Of a stretch of 64,000 nt of DNA, positions 56,706-64,000 are shown one piece after another. A model generated the notes under the pieces. It made no database searches and was not told the DNA's origin. It saw only the letters and a list, made by a program, of their open reading frames with translations. Made by a program: the position numbers and the translations under genes. Origin of the DNA: an uncultured Micavibrio sp. (GTDB lineage Bacteria; Pseudomonadota; Alphaproteobacteria; Micavibrionales; Micavibrionaceae). How positions within the stretch are numbered: position 1 is the stretch's first letter; the number at the start of each line of letters is the position of its first letter. The stretch lies in assembly GCA_965230245.1 (NCBI GenBank), contig OZ246000.1, positions 1,085,054 to 1,149,053 of the forward strand. The letters are read 5' to 3'.

Positions 56706-57962
56706 CTACTGATTCATGCTCTGGAAGAACTCGTCATTGTTCTTCGTCTGCTTCATCTTACCGAGCAGGAATTCAAGCGCATCGACCGTTCCCATCGGAT
56801 TAAGAATACGGCGAAGCATCCACATTTTCTGCAGCGTAGCCTTATCAACCAGAAGCTCTTCCTTACGCGTACCGGATTTCTGAATATCAATCGCGGGGAA
56901 CACACGCTTATCGGCAAGCTTACGATCAAGCACAAGCTCGGAGTTACCCGTACCCTTGAACTCTTCAAAGATCACCTCGTCCATACGCGAACCCGTATCA
57001 ATCAACGCCGTCGCAATAATCGTCAAAGACCCGCCCTGCTCGATATTACGCGCCGCACCGAAGAAACGCTTCGGACGCTGCAGTGCATTCGCATCCACAC
57101 CACCGGTCAAAACCTTACCGGAGGACGGAACAACAGTGTTATAAGCACGCGCCAGACGTGTAATAGAGTCCAACAGGATCACAACATCACGCTTATGCTC
57201 GACCAGACGCTTGGCCTTTTCCATCACCATCTCGGCAACTTGTACGTGGCGGGACGCCGGCTCGTCAAACGTAGAGGACACAACTTCACCGCGCACACTA
57301 CGCGCCATGTCGGTCACTTCCTCGGGACGCTCATCAATCAGAAGAACAATCAGATACGCATCCGGATGATTAATAGAAATCGAAGTGGCGATATTCTGCA
57401 ACATCACCGTTTTACCCGTACGCGGCGGCGCAACGATCAATGCACGCTGCCCGAACCCGATCGGCGAAGTGAGCTCCATAACGCGCTGAACTTTCGAATC
57501 CTTGGTCGGATCTTCTATTTCTAGGTCAATTTTTCTGTCGGGATAAAGGGGGGTGAGGTTATCGAAGTTAATGCGGTGGCGGACTTTTTCGGGCGGCTCC
57601 TTGCCAATCGACCCCACCTTTAGCAGGGCAAAATATCGTTCCGAGTCTTTCGGGGCGCGAATTTCACCCTCGACAATATCACCCGTACGCAAACCGAAAC
57701 GGCGCACCTGGCTCGGCGAAACATAAATATCGTCCGGCCCCGGCAAATAGTTTTCTTCAGGAGAACGCAGGAAACCGAAACCGTCCTGCAAGACTTCAAG
57801 AACACCAACGCCGGAAATAGGAACACCTTGCTGCGCCAACTGTTTGAGGATTGCAAACATCATGTCCTGTTTGCGCATCGCGCTGCAATTCTCGATATCC
57901 AGTTCTTCTGCAAATGCCAAAAGCTCGGCAGGCGAACGTGTCTTTAATTCCTGTAAATTCAT
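56706..57962 (-). CDS. rho: Transcription termination factor Rho
   Basis: [22 protein letters not shown], Walker [19 protein letters not shown]-terminal [10 protein letters not shown]. Confidence 0.97.
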   Translation of the reverse strand: MNLQELKTRSPAELLAFAEELDIENCSAMRKQDMMFAILKQLAQQGVPISGVGVLEVLQDGFGFLRSPEENYLPGPDDIYVSPSQVRRFGLRTGDIVEGEIRAPKDSERYFALLKVGSIGKEPPEKVRHRINFDNLTPLYPDRKIDLEIEDPTKDSKVQRVMELTSPIGFGQRALIVAPPRTGKTVMLQNIATSISINHPDAYLIVLLIDERPEEVTDMARSVRGEVVSSTFDEPASRHVQVAEMVMEKAKRLVEHKRDVVILLDSITRLARAYNTVVPSSGKVLTGGVDANALQRPKRFFGAARNIEQGGSLTIIATALIDTGSRMDEVIFEEFKGTGNSELVLDRKLADKRVFPAIDIQKSGTRKEELLVDKATLQKMWMLRRILNPMGTVDALEFLLGKMKQTKNNDEFFQSMNQ

Positions 57963-58263
57963 GAGATACTCTTATTCATCGTTTTCAAATAGGAAAACTT
58001 ACAACCCTGTGAAGGATGCAAATAAATCAGTCTGTTGTGCTAAAAAGTTCTAATTAATTCCCATCGATCTATCCCGCGCCAAACCCATCGGCAAAATCAA
58101 AGATAGTCGTCATTTCTGGATTTATTACTAGACAAATTCCTTATAGCCAGCCCGCAGAAACCTGTCAAGAAAATATATGGTTTTACGTTAACTCCCCGTT
58201 ACTAAGGCCCGATTTTCTGAGGATTTAGCAGAATTCAAAGACGTAAACTACTGGAAGAGAATG

Positions 58264-58713
58264 CTAAAACGGCTCAACAACTGCCAAAATCACGACAATA
58301 ATCATGATGATAGTCGGCACTTCGTTAAGAATTCGAAAAAATTTCTCATCTTTCTCGTTTTCATCCTTGGCAAAGTTTTTCACATGCTTGGAAAACATAC
58401 CGTGTACGCCAGAAAGAACAAACACCAGCAACAATTTCGTATGCATCCATGGCTCGCCCTTATAATACTCCCAATTCGCATACAGCATCATCAAACCGAA
58501 AACCCAGGTCGCTATCATCGCGGGATTAATGATGATTTTCAGAAGCCTGCGCTCCATCACCTTGAACGTCTCGGATTGCACCGATCCCTTCTCCGCCGCG
58601 CAGTGATAAACAAACAGTCGCGGCAGATACAACATCCCCGCCATCCATGATATGACTGCAATAATATGCAGCGCCCTGATCCACTCGAAATACTGGGTAA
58701 AGAAATCAGCCAT
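58264..58713 (-). CDS. hemJ: Protoporphyrinogen IX oxidase HemJ
   Basis: 149 aa, 4 TM; WIRALHIIAVISWMAGMLYLPRLFVYH, the HemJ/UPF0093 signature. Confidence 0.8.
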   Translation of the reverse strand: MADFFTQYFEWIRALHIIAVISWMAGMLYLPRLFVYHCAAEKGSVQSETFKVMERRLLKIIINPAMIATWVFGLMMLYANWEYYKGEPWMHTKLLLVFVLSGVHGMFSKHVKNFAKDENEKDEKFFRILNEVPTIIMIIVVILAVVEPF

Positions 58714-59371
58714 TGATCTTCTCTAGTCTCTCTTTAAAGTTTTCATCACTCATGTCAAAAGTCCGAACATGCATCATCTCAAAATCAACAAGCAAACACA
58801 CCGGATCCTGATCACGAACAATAGTTCCCGCATTAATAATGACGACATTCTTGAAATTCTCAACCATAGGAACATGTGTATGCCCGTTAACAATAAAGGC
58901 ATAATCATTAGAATCCGCGATGTCATGAAGGCTTGTAAGTGTTCGAATGTCATACCACTTATTTCCGGGCTCAACGCCGCCCATATCATAATCGCCGACA
59001 CCGTGACAGAACAGTAACCTGCCTTTGGGTGTTTCAAAATCTATACGAACAGGCAAGTCTCTAATAAATTTCAAATCTTCTTCCGTACAATCCTCGGGCC
59101 AAATTAAGTTAGGTATATCCCGATCCATGTCCCCCCGCACCGTATGAAGCCAGCGATCATGATTACCCTTAACGGTAATAACATCATGTTCTTTTAAAAG
59201 ACCGACACATCTGGAAAAATCGCCGACACCATCGGCAACATCCCCGACACAAAGTATTTTATCAGGCGAAAACGATTTTAGATGCTCAATTGATTTTTCT
59301 AGGAAAATATCATCACAATGGACATCACCAATGACACCGACAAGCGACAAGGAAGAAGGCATGCTTACCAC
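58706..59371 (-). CDS. Metallophosphoesterase (YfcE/MJ0936-like)
   Basis: VIGDVHCD, CVGDVADG, VKGNHD, CHG, NGHTHVP. It overlaps the hemH stop and the hemJ start by a few nt. Confidence 0.75.
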   Translation of the reverse strand: MVSMPSSLSLVGVIGDVHCDDIFLEKSIEHLKSFSPDKILCVGDVADGVGDFSRCVGLLKEHDVITVKGNHDRWLHTVRGDMDRDIPNLIWPEDCTEEDLKFIRDLPVRIDFETPKGRLLFCHGVGDYDMGGVEPGNKWYDIRTLTSLHDIADSNDYAFIVNGHTHVPMVENFKNVVIINAGTIVRDQDPVCLLVDFEMMHVRTFDMSDENFKERLEKING

Positions 59372-60438
59372 TTCAAACTACGCATACAACAGCGATCAAA
59401 ACCGGACGGACAGACGACTTCGCCGCCCTCGGCGTACACACCCTGCTTGTGGAGATGATCCCGTACCAGTTTTTCCAGACCCTCTATATAGGCCGCGCCT
59501 GTTCCAACCGTCATCGCGCGGTAATATCCTTCGATCCCCAGCTCCTCGGCCAGTTCTTTATACTCGATATCCAGCTCGACCAGCGTCTCGACATGCTCCT
59601 GCGTAAAGGCATGCGGATAAATGATAACGGCCTTGCCGTCTTCTTTAGCCTTGTCCAGAACCTCCTCGACCGAGGGTCCGATCCATTTCATCGGCCCCAC
59701 GCGGCTCTGATAACACGCCTGCCAGTCAATCTCCTCGACGCCCAGCTCCGCACAAATGCGTTCAACAATCCGTTCTGCCGTTTGTTCACATTGCCATTGA
59801 TAAGGATCGCCGTTCTTCACAATTTTTTCCGGCAAACCGTGTGCGGAGAATAATACGCGCGGGTTTTCATGCCCATCCGCCTGCGCCTGTTTATAAACCT
59901 CAAGAATATTATCCGTCGATACTTTCAAAAACCCGTCATTCTCGGGATAGCAGCAAATCACACTCCATTCGGGCATATACTCCGCGGTATCCGAGGCTTT
60001 CTTCCAGTTTTCCAGCGAAGACCACGTCGTCGTTGTAGAGAATTGCGGATAAAGCGGCAGAAACACAATATGATCCGCATCCCAATCCCGAACCTCGCGC
60101 ACAACCTGTGGCGCCATTGGATGCCAGTAGCGCATCGAAACAAAAACCTTAAACTCTTCATCCGCAGAATTCTGATTAAGCAAAACTTCCAGAGCATCGG
60201 CTTGTGCTTTAGAGTTTTCCAGCAACGGCGACTTATCACCCAACTCTGAATAACTCTCCGCCGCTTCACCCTTTGATCGTTTCGAACTGATATATGCAGC
60301 CAGAAAACATCGGATCGGAATAGGGGCACCGATAATATTCTTATCCATGAAGAAGTTCATCAGAAACGGCTTGATCGAGGACTTACTGTCCGGTCCGCCC
60401 AGATTAAACATCACAACAGCGACTTTTTTCTTTGCCAT
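59365..60438 (-). CDS. hemH: Ferrochelatase
   Basis: VAVVMFNLGGPD, LPLYPQFSTTT, FSAHGLP, GDPYQ, YQSRVGP.KW..P. The C-terminal region contains Cys residues (CPSGFDRCC). Confidence 0.93.
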   Translation of the reverse strand: MAKKKVAVVMFNLGGPDSKSSIKPFLMNFFMDKNIIGAPIPIRCFLAAYISSKRSKGEAAESYSELGDKSPLLENSKAQADALEVLLNQNSADEEFKVFVSMRYWHPMAPQVVREVRDWDADHIVFLPLYPQFSTTTTWSSLENWKKASDTAEYMPEWSVICCYPENDGFLKVSTDNILEVYKQAQADGHENPRVLFSAHGLPEKIVKNGDPYQWQCEQTAERIVERICAELGVEEIDWQACYQSRVGPMKWIGPSVEEVLDKAKEDGKAVIIYPHAFTQEHVETLVELDIEYKELAEELGIEGYYRAMTVGTGAAYIEGLEKLVRDHLHKQGVYAEGGEVVCPSGFDRCCMRSLKW

Positions 60439-60442
60439 GTTT

Positions 60443-61501
60443 CTAATCCTTCTTTCCTAAATCCCGAATGGTCTTCACCGCCAGCTCGACATGCTCGACA
60501 GGTGTCTCCTTGTTAATGCCATGCCCGAGATTAAAGATAAACGGCCCGTCTGAAAAGTCCGTGATAATTTTCTCGATAGCCATCACCAACGCATCGCCGC
60601 CGGCCAGCAAAGCCACCGGATCCAGATTACCCTGAACGGGAACCATCGACTGTAGCGTTCGTGCCGCCCATTTCGTATCAAGCTGCTGATCCATCGAAAC
60701 CGCACTCACACCCGTATCCTGAATATAGGCAAGGTAATTATGCCCGACCGCACGCGGAAAACCGATAATAGGAACATCGGGATAAACATCACGCACCAGA
60801 TCAACAATTTTGCGGGTAGGGGAGATCACCCATTTTCTGAACTGGCTTGCATCAACCGCGCTCGCCCAGCTGTCAAAAATCTGAACGGCTTCAGCCCCTG
60901 CTTTGATCTGATTGATCAGGTAACTCGCCGTACACTCGACAAGCATATCAATCAACTCCGAAAACATTTTTTCATCACGATAAGCCATTGTTTTAACATG
61001 AAGAAAATCTTTACTCGAACCGCCTTCAACCATATAGCAAGCAACCGTCCAAGGCGCCCCGGCAAAGCCCAGCGTTGTCGTTCCGCCAAACCCTTCCTCC
61101 TGCAAACCGCTTTTCACACGGGCAATGGTTTCGTAAATCGGTGATAACGTTTCATCGAACTTTGAAAAATTAAGCTTGGAAATTTGCGATGCCTCACGGA
61201 TCGGCTCCAGCTTCGGCCCTTCGCCCTGAACAAACTCAAGCTTCTGCCCCATAGCCTGTGGTGTCACCAGAATATCCGAAAATATAATCGCCCCGTCCAT
61301 CCCGAACCGTCTGATCGGCTGAAGCGTAACCTCCGCTGCAAACTCTGGATTGTAAACCATATCAAGAAAACCGCCTGCCTCCGCTCGCAATTTCCGATAC
61401 TCGGGCAAATACCGCCCCGCCTGCCGCATAAACCAAAACGGCACATGATCCGGCTCGTATCCCTTCAAAACTTCCAACAGGTTCTTCTTCTGGCTTACCA
61501 T
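60443..61501 (-). CDS. hemE: Uroporphyrinogen decarboxylase
   Basis: PFWFMRQAGRYLPEYR, DGAIIFSDILV, GFAGAPWT, QIFDSWA, FNLGHGI. Confidence 0.95.
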   Translation of the reverse strand: MVSQKKNLLEVLKGYEPDHVPFWFMRQAGRYLPEYRKLRAEAGGFLDMVYNPEFAAEVTLQPIRRFGMDGAIIFSDILVTPQAMGQKLEFVQGEGPKLEPIREASQISKLNFSKFDETLSPIYETIARVKSGLQEEGFGGTTTLGFAGAPWTVACYMVEGGSSKDFLHVKTMAYRDEKMFSELIDMLVECTASYLINQIKAGAEAVQIFDSWASAVDASQFRKWVISPTRKIVDLVRDVYPDVPIIGFPRAVGHNYLAYIQDTGVSAVSMDQQLDTKWAARTLQSMVPVQGNLDPVALLAGGDALVMAIEKIITDFSDGPFIFNLGHGINKETPVEHVELAVKTIRDLGKKD

Positions 61502-61552
61502 ACAATCAGCATCCTTCTTCGTCTCATCTCATTCGAGCAAACAAGATAGCCC

Positions 61553-61917
61553 TAAAAAGAAATAATAAAAGTATTTTTAAAAAGGTTTTTTTAGATAGTA
61601 GGACCCGTGAACAACGGGGATTAAAATTTTAACGAATATTGCTCACAGAGTTATCATCATATTGACTCAAAGCTGAGCGACGATTCGTTATGATTCCTCC
61701 AGAAAGTTATGTCCACCCCGTTTTCATTTTCCCGTCGTGGAAGACACCTTCATTGGCACACAGTATAAAATCGGGGTAACTTCATCCCCTGAGTTATACA
61801 GGAAACGCTCTTCGATTCTCTCACAAGGTTTTACAGACGCGTTCATTTGATCTTAATATATTTAATGTCAGATACTGGCAGAAAGTTCCATTTCGATTCG
61901 CAAAAGATATATATGCA
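61553..61917. other. Candidate chromosomal replication origin region (tentative)
   Basis: Non-coding 416-bp gap upstream of hemE at a strand-orientation switch. It holds an AT-rich stretch (61553-61598) and five GANTC sites (61664, 61682, 61692, 61814, 61895). Three imperfect DnaA-box-like 9-mers end in CACA: TTGCTCACA at 61639, ATTGGCACA at 61752, TCTCTCACA at 61817. Confidence 0.3.
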
Positions 61918-62532
61918 ATGTTTGACGAAGCTTACACCAAATTGGAAATAGAAGAAGTCGCTTCCATATTGGATCGTGTGAATAAAAAGGTTGAGGGCAG
62001 CCTGTTCGACCCGTTGGAGACGACAATCCTTGCCGTCGATGTTCCGTATTATCCCGGTTACCGTTTTCTGGATATCGCAGATCATGCGACAAATCCGCCT
62101 TTGCAAAGATACGTTCTGCAAAAGGATAAGGACTTCACATTGCTGGATTGGTCTTACAAACAAATCTATGAAGTGAATGAAGCCGCACCGATCAGTCTGA
62201 ATGATAAAAACGTCCTGGACTATGTTCGTTTCTTTTTCAGCTACGTAAGAGGACGCCACGGCCGCTTTATTCTATGCGAAAGTCTGGAGAACATAAACTG
62301 GAGCGAAGATCTTCCGGCCGCCGAAAGAAAAACAATCGGCAAAATGGTCGAACCGATGAAGATTGTTGAAAAAATGAAAAACGGTGTTTTCAAGATCGAA
62401 GCAAAGATGATGTTGAAAGACACATTGTTCAGCGCCGATGTCTTCGTCGAACCGAACGGAAAAGTTGTCCTGACCAATCATATGATCCTATCGGATAAGA
62501 TGCCCGTTCTGGATAACGTCGCCGGAAATTAA
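61918..62532 (+). CDS. Hypothetical protein (204 aa)
   Basis: ORF only. No recognised domain. A TGTGAATAA DnaA-box-like 9-mer lies inside it at 61977-61985. Confidence 0.45.
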   Translation: MFDEAYTKLEIEEVASILDRVNKKVEGSLFDPLETTILAVDVPYYPGYRFLDIADHATNPPLQRYVLQKDKDFTLLDWSYKQIYEVNEAAPISLNDKNVLDYVRFFFSYVRGRHGRFILCESLENINWSEDLPAAERKTIGKMVEPMKIVEKMKNGVFKIEAKMMLKDTLFSADVFVEPNGKVVLTNHMILSDKMPVLDNVAGN

Positions 62533-62801
62533 ATCTCCGAATTCCCACATCTTTTTAAATAACCAAAAACGCGCAAAACCGGCGCAATTATGCGTGATGC
62601 ACCGCAATAATTAATCCTATCTTTACCACCTGTTAAGCCCTTGTTAGGAAACAGAAAAATTTTTCTTCAAAAAAACGGATTTTCTGCCATTTGGTAGGAA
62701 AGCATTAATAACTCACGCGCATAATTAAACAGTAGCGCAGGGGATGCTGCGTTCTTTTTGGCACATACAATCACTATTGTTTCGACTGGTTTTGGGTTCT
62801 T

Positions 62802-64000
62802 ATGAGCGATATTATTTTTAAATCTTTTGGTGCGAAGAACAAAGATGACAGGGTTTGCCGTGTTGCTTACACGTTGAATCACGAGCAGCCTGTCCTGTGT
62901 ACCTATATTGATGATCAACCGTTATTCTATTTCGATGAAGAAGTTTTGATCGAAGACGAAGACGGCTTCAACGAAGGAGAACTGGAGATCCTCGAGCAGG
63001 AAATCGAAATCCTGAAAGAGGAGATCGAAGCGTTTGAACGTTATGCCATCACCTCTTCCGAAACTGCCGAGAAGAAATATATGGAATTCAAGGAGAATGC
63101 GGACTCTCTGCATGCTCTGTCTGAGTACGACCACGACGAAAAACTGGTCGGCCTCTTAAACACACTTAATAAAAGCCGTCTGGCCAGAGCGTATCTGGAA
63201 ACAGCGGACGAGAATAATATAGAGATCGTGATAAGCAGACAGGTAGAAAATGCCTTTTACGATCGTCGCAGCGGGACTATTTCAATCAATCCGGACATGG
63301 ACGAAGTCGATCAGCTTTTAATGCTGAGTAAAGAGCTTCGCCGCCACTGGCAGCATCGTCAGGGCGTTCTGGTCAACCCGCTTTTATTCCAGCCGGACAA
63401 CGCCATACTGGTTAACCGCGTTCTGGAAGCCGACCTGATGGTCTCGGCGGTAAGAATTGCTTGGGAACTTCAACTCTCTAGTTACCGTGATCTTTGGAAC
63501 AGAATTGAAGACTCCCCGATGCACGACCTCGCCCGTTCCTATGCACGCGAGGCAAACAGCGACTTCCGCACGATCAATAACGGAATCGCCAGTGCGTCGA
63601 TCTTCGAAACATGGTTTTTATCGGAACGCTGCATGAGTCAGGACAAAAAGCTTGTTCAGGCAATGCTCGCGGATTATAACGGATATGTCTTTGAAGATAT
63701 CCACACATCCAAGACAGTCACTGCGGAACTCATTGCCGGCCTTGGCACTATGCCGTTCGGCAAAAATTACCTGGCTGTTCATGCCAATGTCATTATGAAC
63801 GACCCAATATTTACTGAAGTACGTGACCGCTCTAACGCGAATTTCCTATGGTTTATCAAGTTTGAAAGGTCATTTAAAGAAACGGAACACGATTTGCAAA
63901 ACGGTTCAGACTTATCCACACAAGGCGATCGCCCTGTGATCAATTTTCAAAGTCAGGACCAATTTAATGCAAGCCAATCAACCGCAGAAGTTATTCAACT
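62802..64000 (+). CDS. Hypothetical protein, 3'-partial (runs off the window)
   Basis: Open frame from the ATG at 62802 to the window end (about 399 codons), absent from the ORF track because no stop is reached. Translation: MSDIIFKSFGAKNKDD...ELRRHWQHRQGVLVNPLLFQPDNAILVNRVLEADLMV... No domain recognised. Confidence 0.6.
   Translation, partial: MSDIIFKSFGAKNKDDRVCRVAYTLNHEQPVLCTYIDDQPLFYFDEEVLIEDEDGFNEGELEILEQEIEILKEEIEAFERYAITSSETAEKKYMEFKENADSLHALSEYDHDEKLVGLLNTLNKSRLARAYLETADENNIEIVISRQVENAFYDRRSGTISINPDMDEVDQLLMLSKELRRHWQHRQGVLVNPLLFQPDNAILVNRVLEADLMVSAVRIAWELQLSSYRDLWNRIEDSPMHDLARSYAREANSDFRTINNGIASASIFETWFLSERCMSQDKKLVQAMLADYNGYVFEDIHTSKTVTAELIAGLGTMPFGKNYLAVHANVIMNDPIFTEVRDRSNANFLWFIKFERSFKETEHDLQNGSDLSTQGDRPVINFQSQDQFNASQSTAEVIQ

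Noticed and set aside
57963-58263. 300-nt leader upstream of rho as an autoregulatory attenuator
   Set aside because: The idea is plausible from what is known about rho autoregulation in E. coli and Caulobacter. However, I see no specific rut-like C-rich, G-poor tract or structure that I can defend by eye.
61621-61875. CtrA boxes (TTAA-N7-TTAA) in the candidate origin
   Set aside because: TTAAAATTTTAA (61621-61632) and TTAATATATTTAA (61853-61865) have N4 and N5 spacers, not N7, so I do not call them CtrA sites.
1-64000. CRISPR arrays, IS elements, integrases, prophage or a genomic island next to tRNA-Thr
   Set aside because: No direct-repeat/spacer arrays, no transposase, recombinase or phage-like ORFs, and no tRNA-fragment duplication were found. 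The tRNA-Thr is flanked by ordinary regulatory and RNA genes.

Overview
This window reads as a chromosomal, origin-proximal segment of an alphaproteobacterium-like genome. That assignment is inferred from gene content and order only. About 75 protein-coding genes are supported, plus one tRNA-Thr(CGU) and a small SRP (4.5S) RNA.

Recognisable housekeeping blocks:
- ffs, then a metallophosphoesterase gene, then dnaX-ybaB, followed by xthA.
- rsmB, rpe, a heparinase II/III-like gene, an EAL-like gene and radA.
- leuS-lptE-(GCL-like gene)-holA, next to a DUF3576 lipoprotein gene and a porin gene.
- hslV and hslU, split by an oppositely oriented TerC gene.
- A dispersed his cluster: hisB, hisD, hisH, a GNAT gene, hisA, hisF, hisE.
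- The classic origin-linked run parB-parA-rsmG-mnmG ... mnmE ... rho-hemJ-(phosphoesterase)-hemH-hemE, all on the minus strand.

I found no transposase, integrase, phage gene, CRISPR array or recognisable defence or toxin-antitoxin module, so I cannot point to a clear-cut novel system.

The most notable signals are:
1. Four near-perfect parS palindromes, each buried in a different housekeeping gene and each translated as V-S-R-E.
2. A repeat-dense intergenic spacer carrying four GTGAAAC (parS half-site-like) copies.
3. A GANTC-enriched, AT-rich candidate oriC upstream of hemE, at a strand-orientation switch.
4. A 15-bp tandem operator-like array between a PadR operon and an RTX gene.
5. An unlisted 54-aa DUF1674 ORF, in an operon with a second diverged YbaB paralog and a DUF1223-like protein that has lost its CxxC motif.
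6. Several orphan-gene patches, including a membrane-anchored protein with eight CxxC motifs.

All family assignments come from reading motifs by eye. No database search was run.
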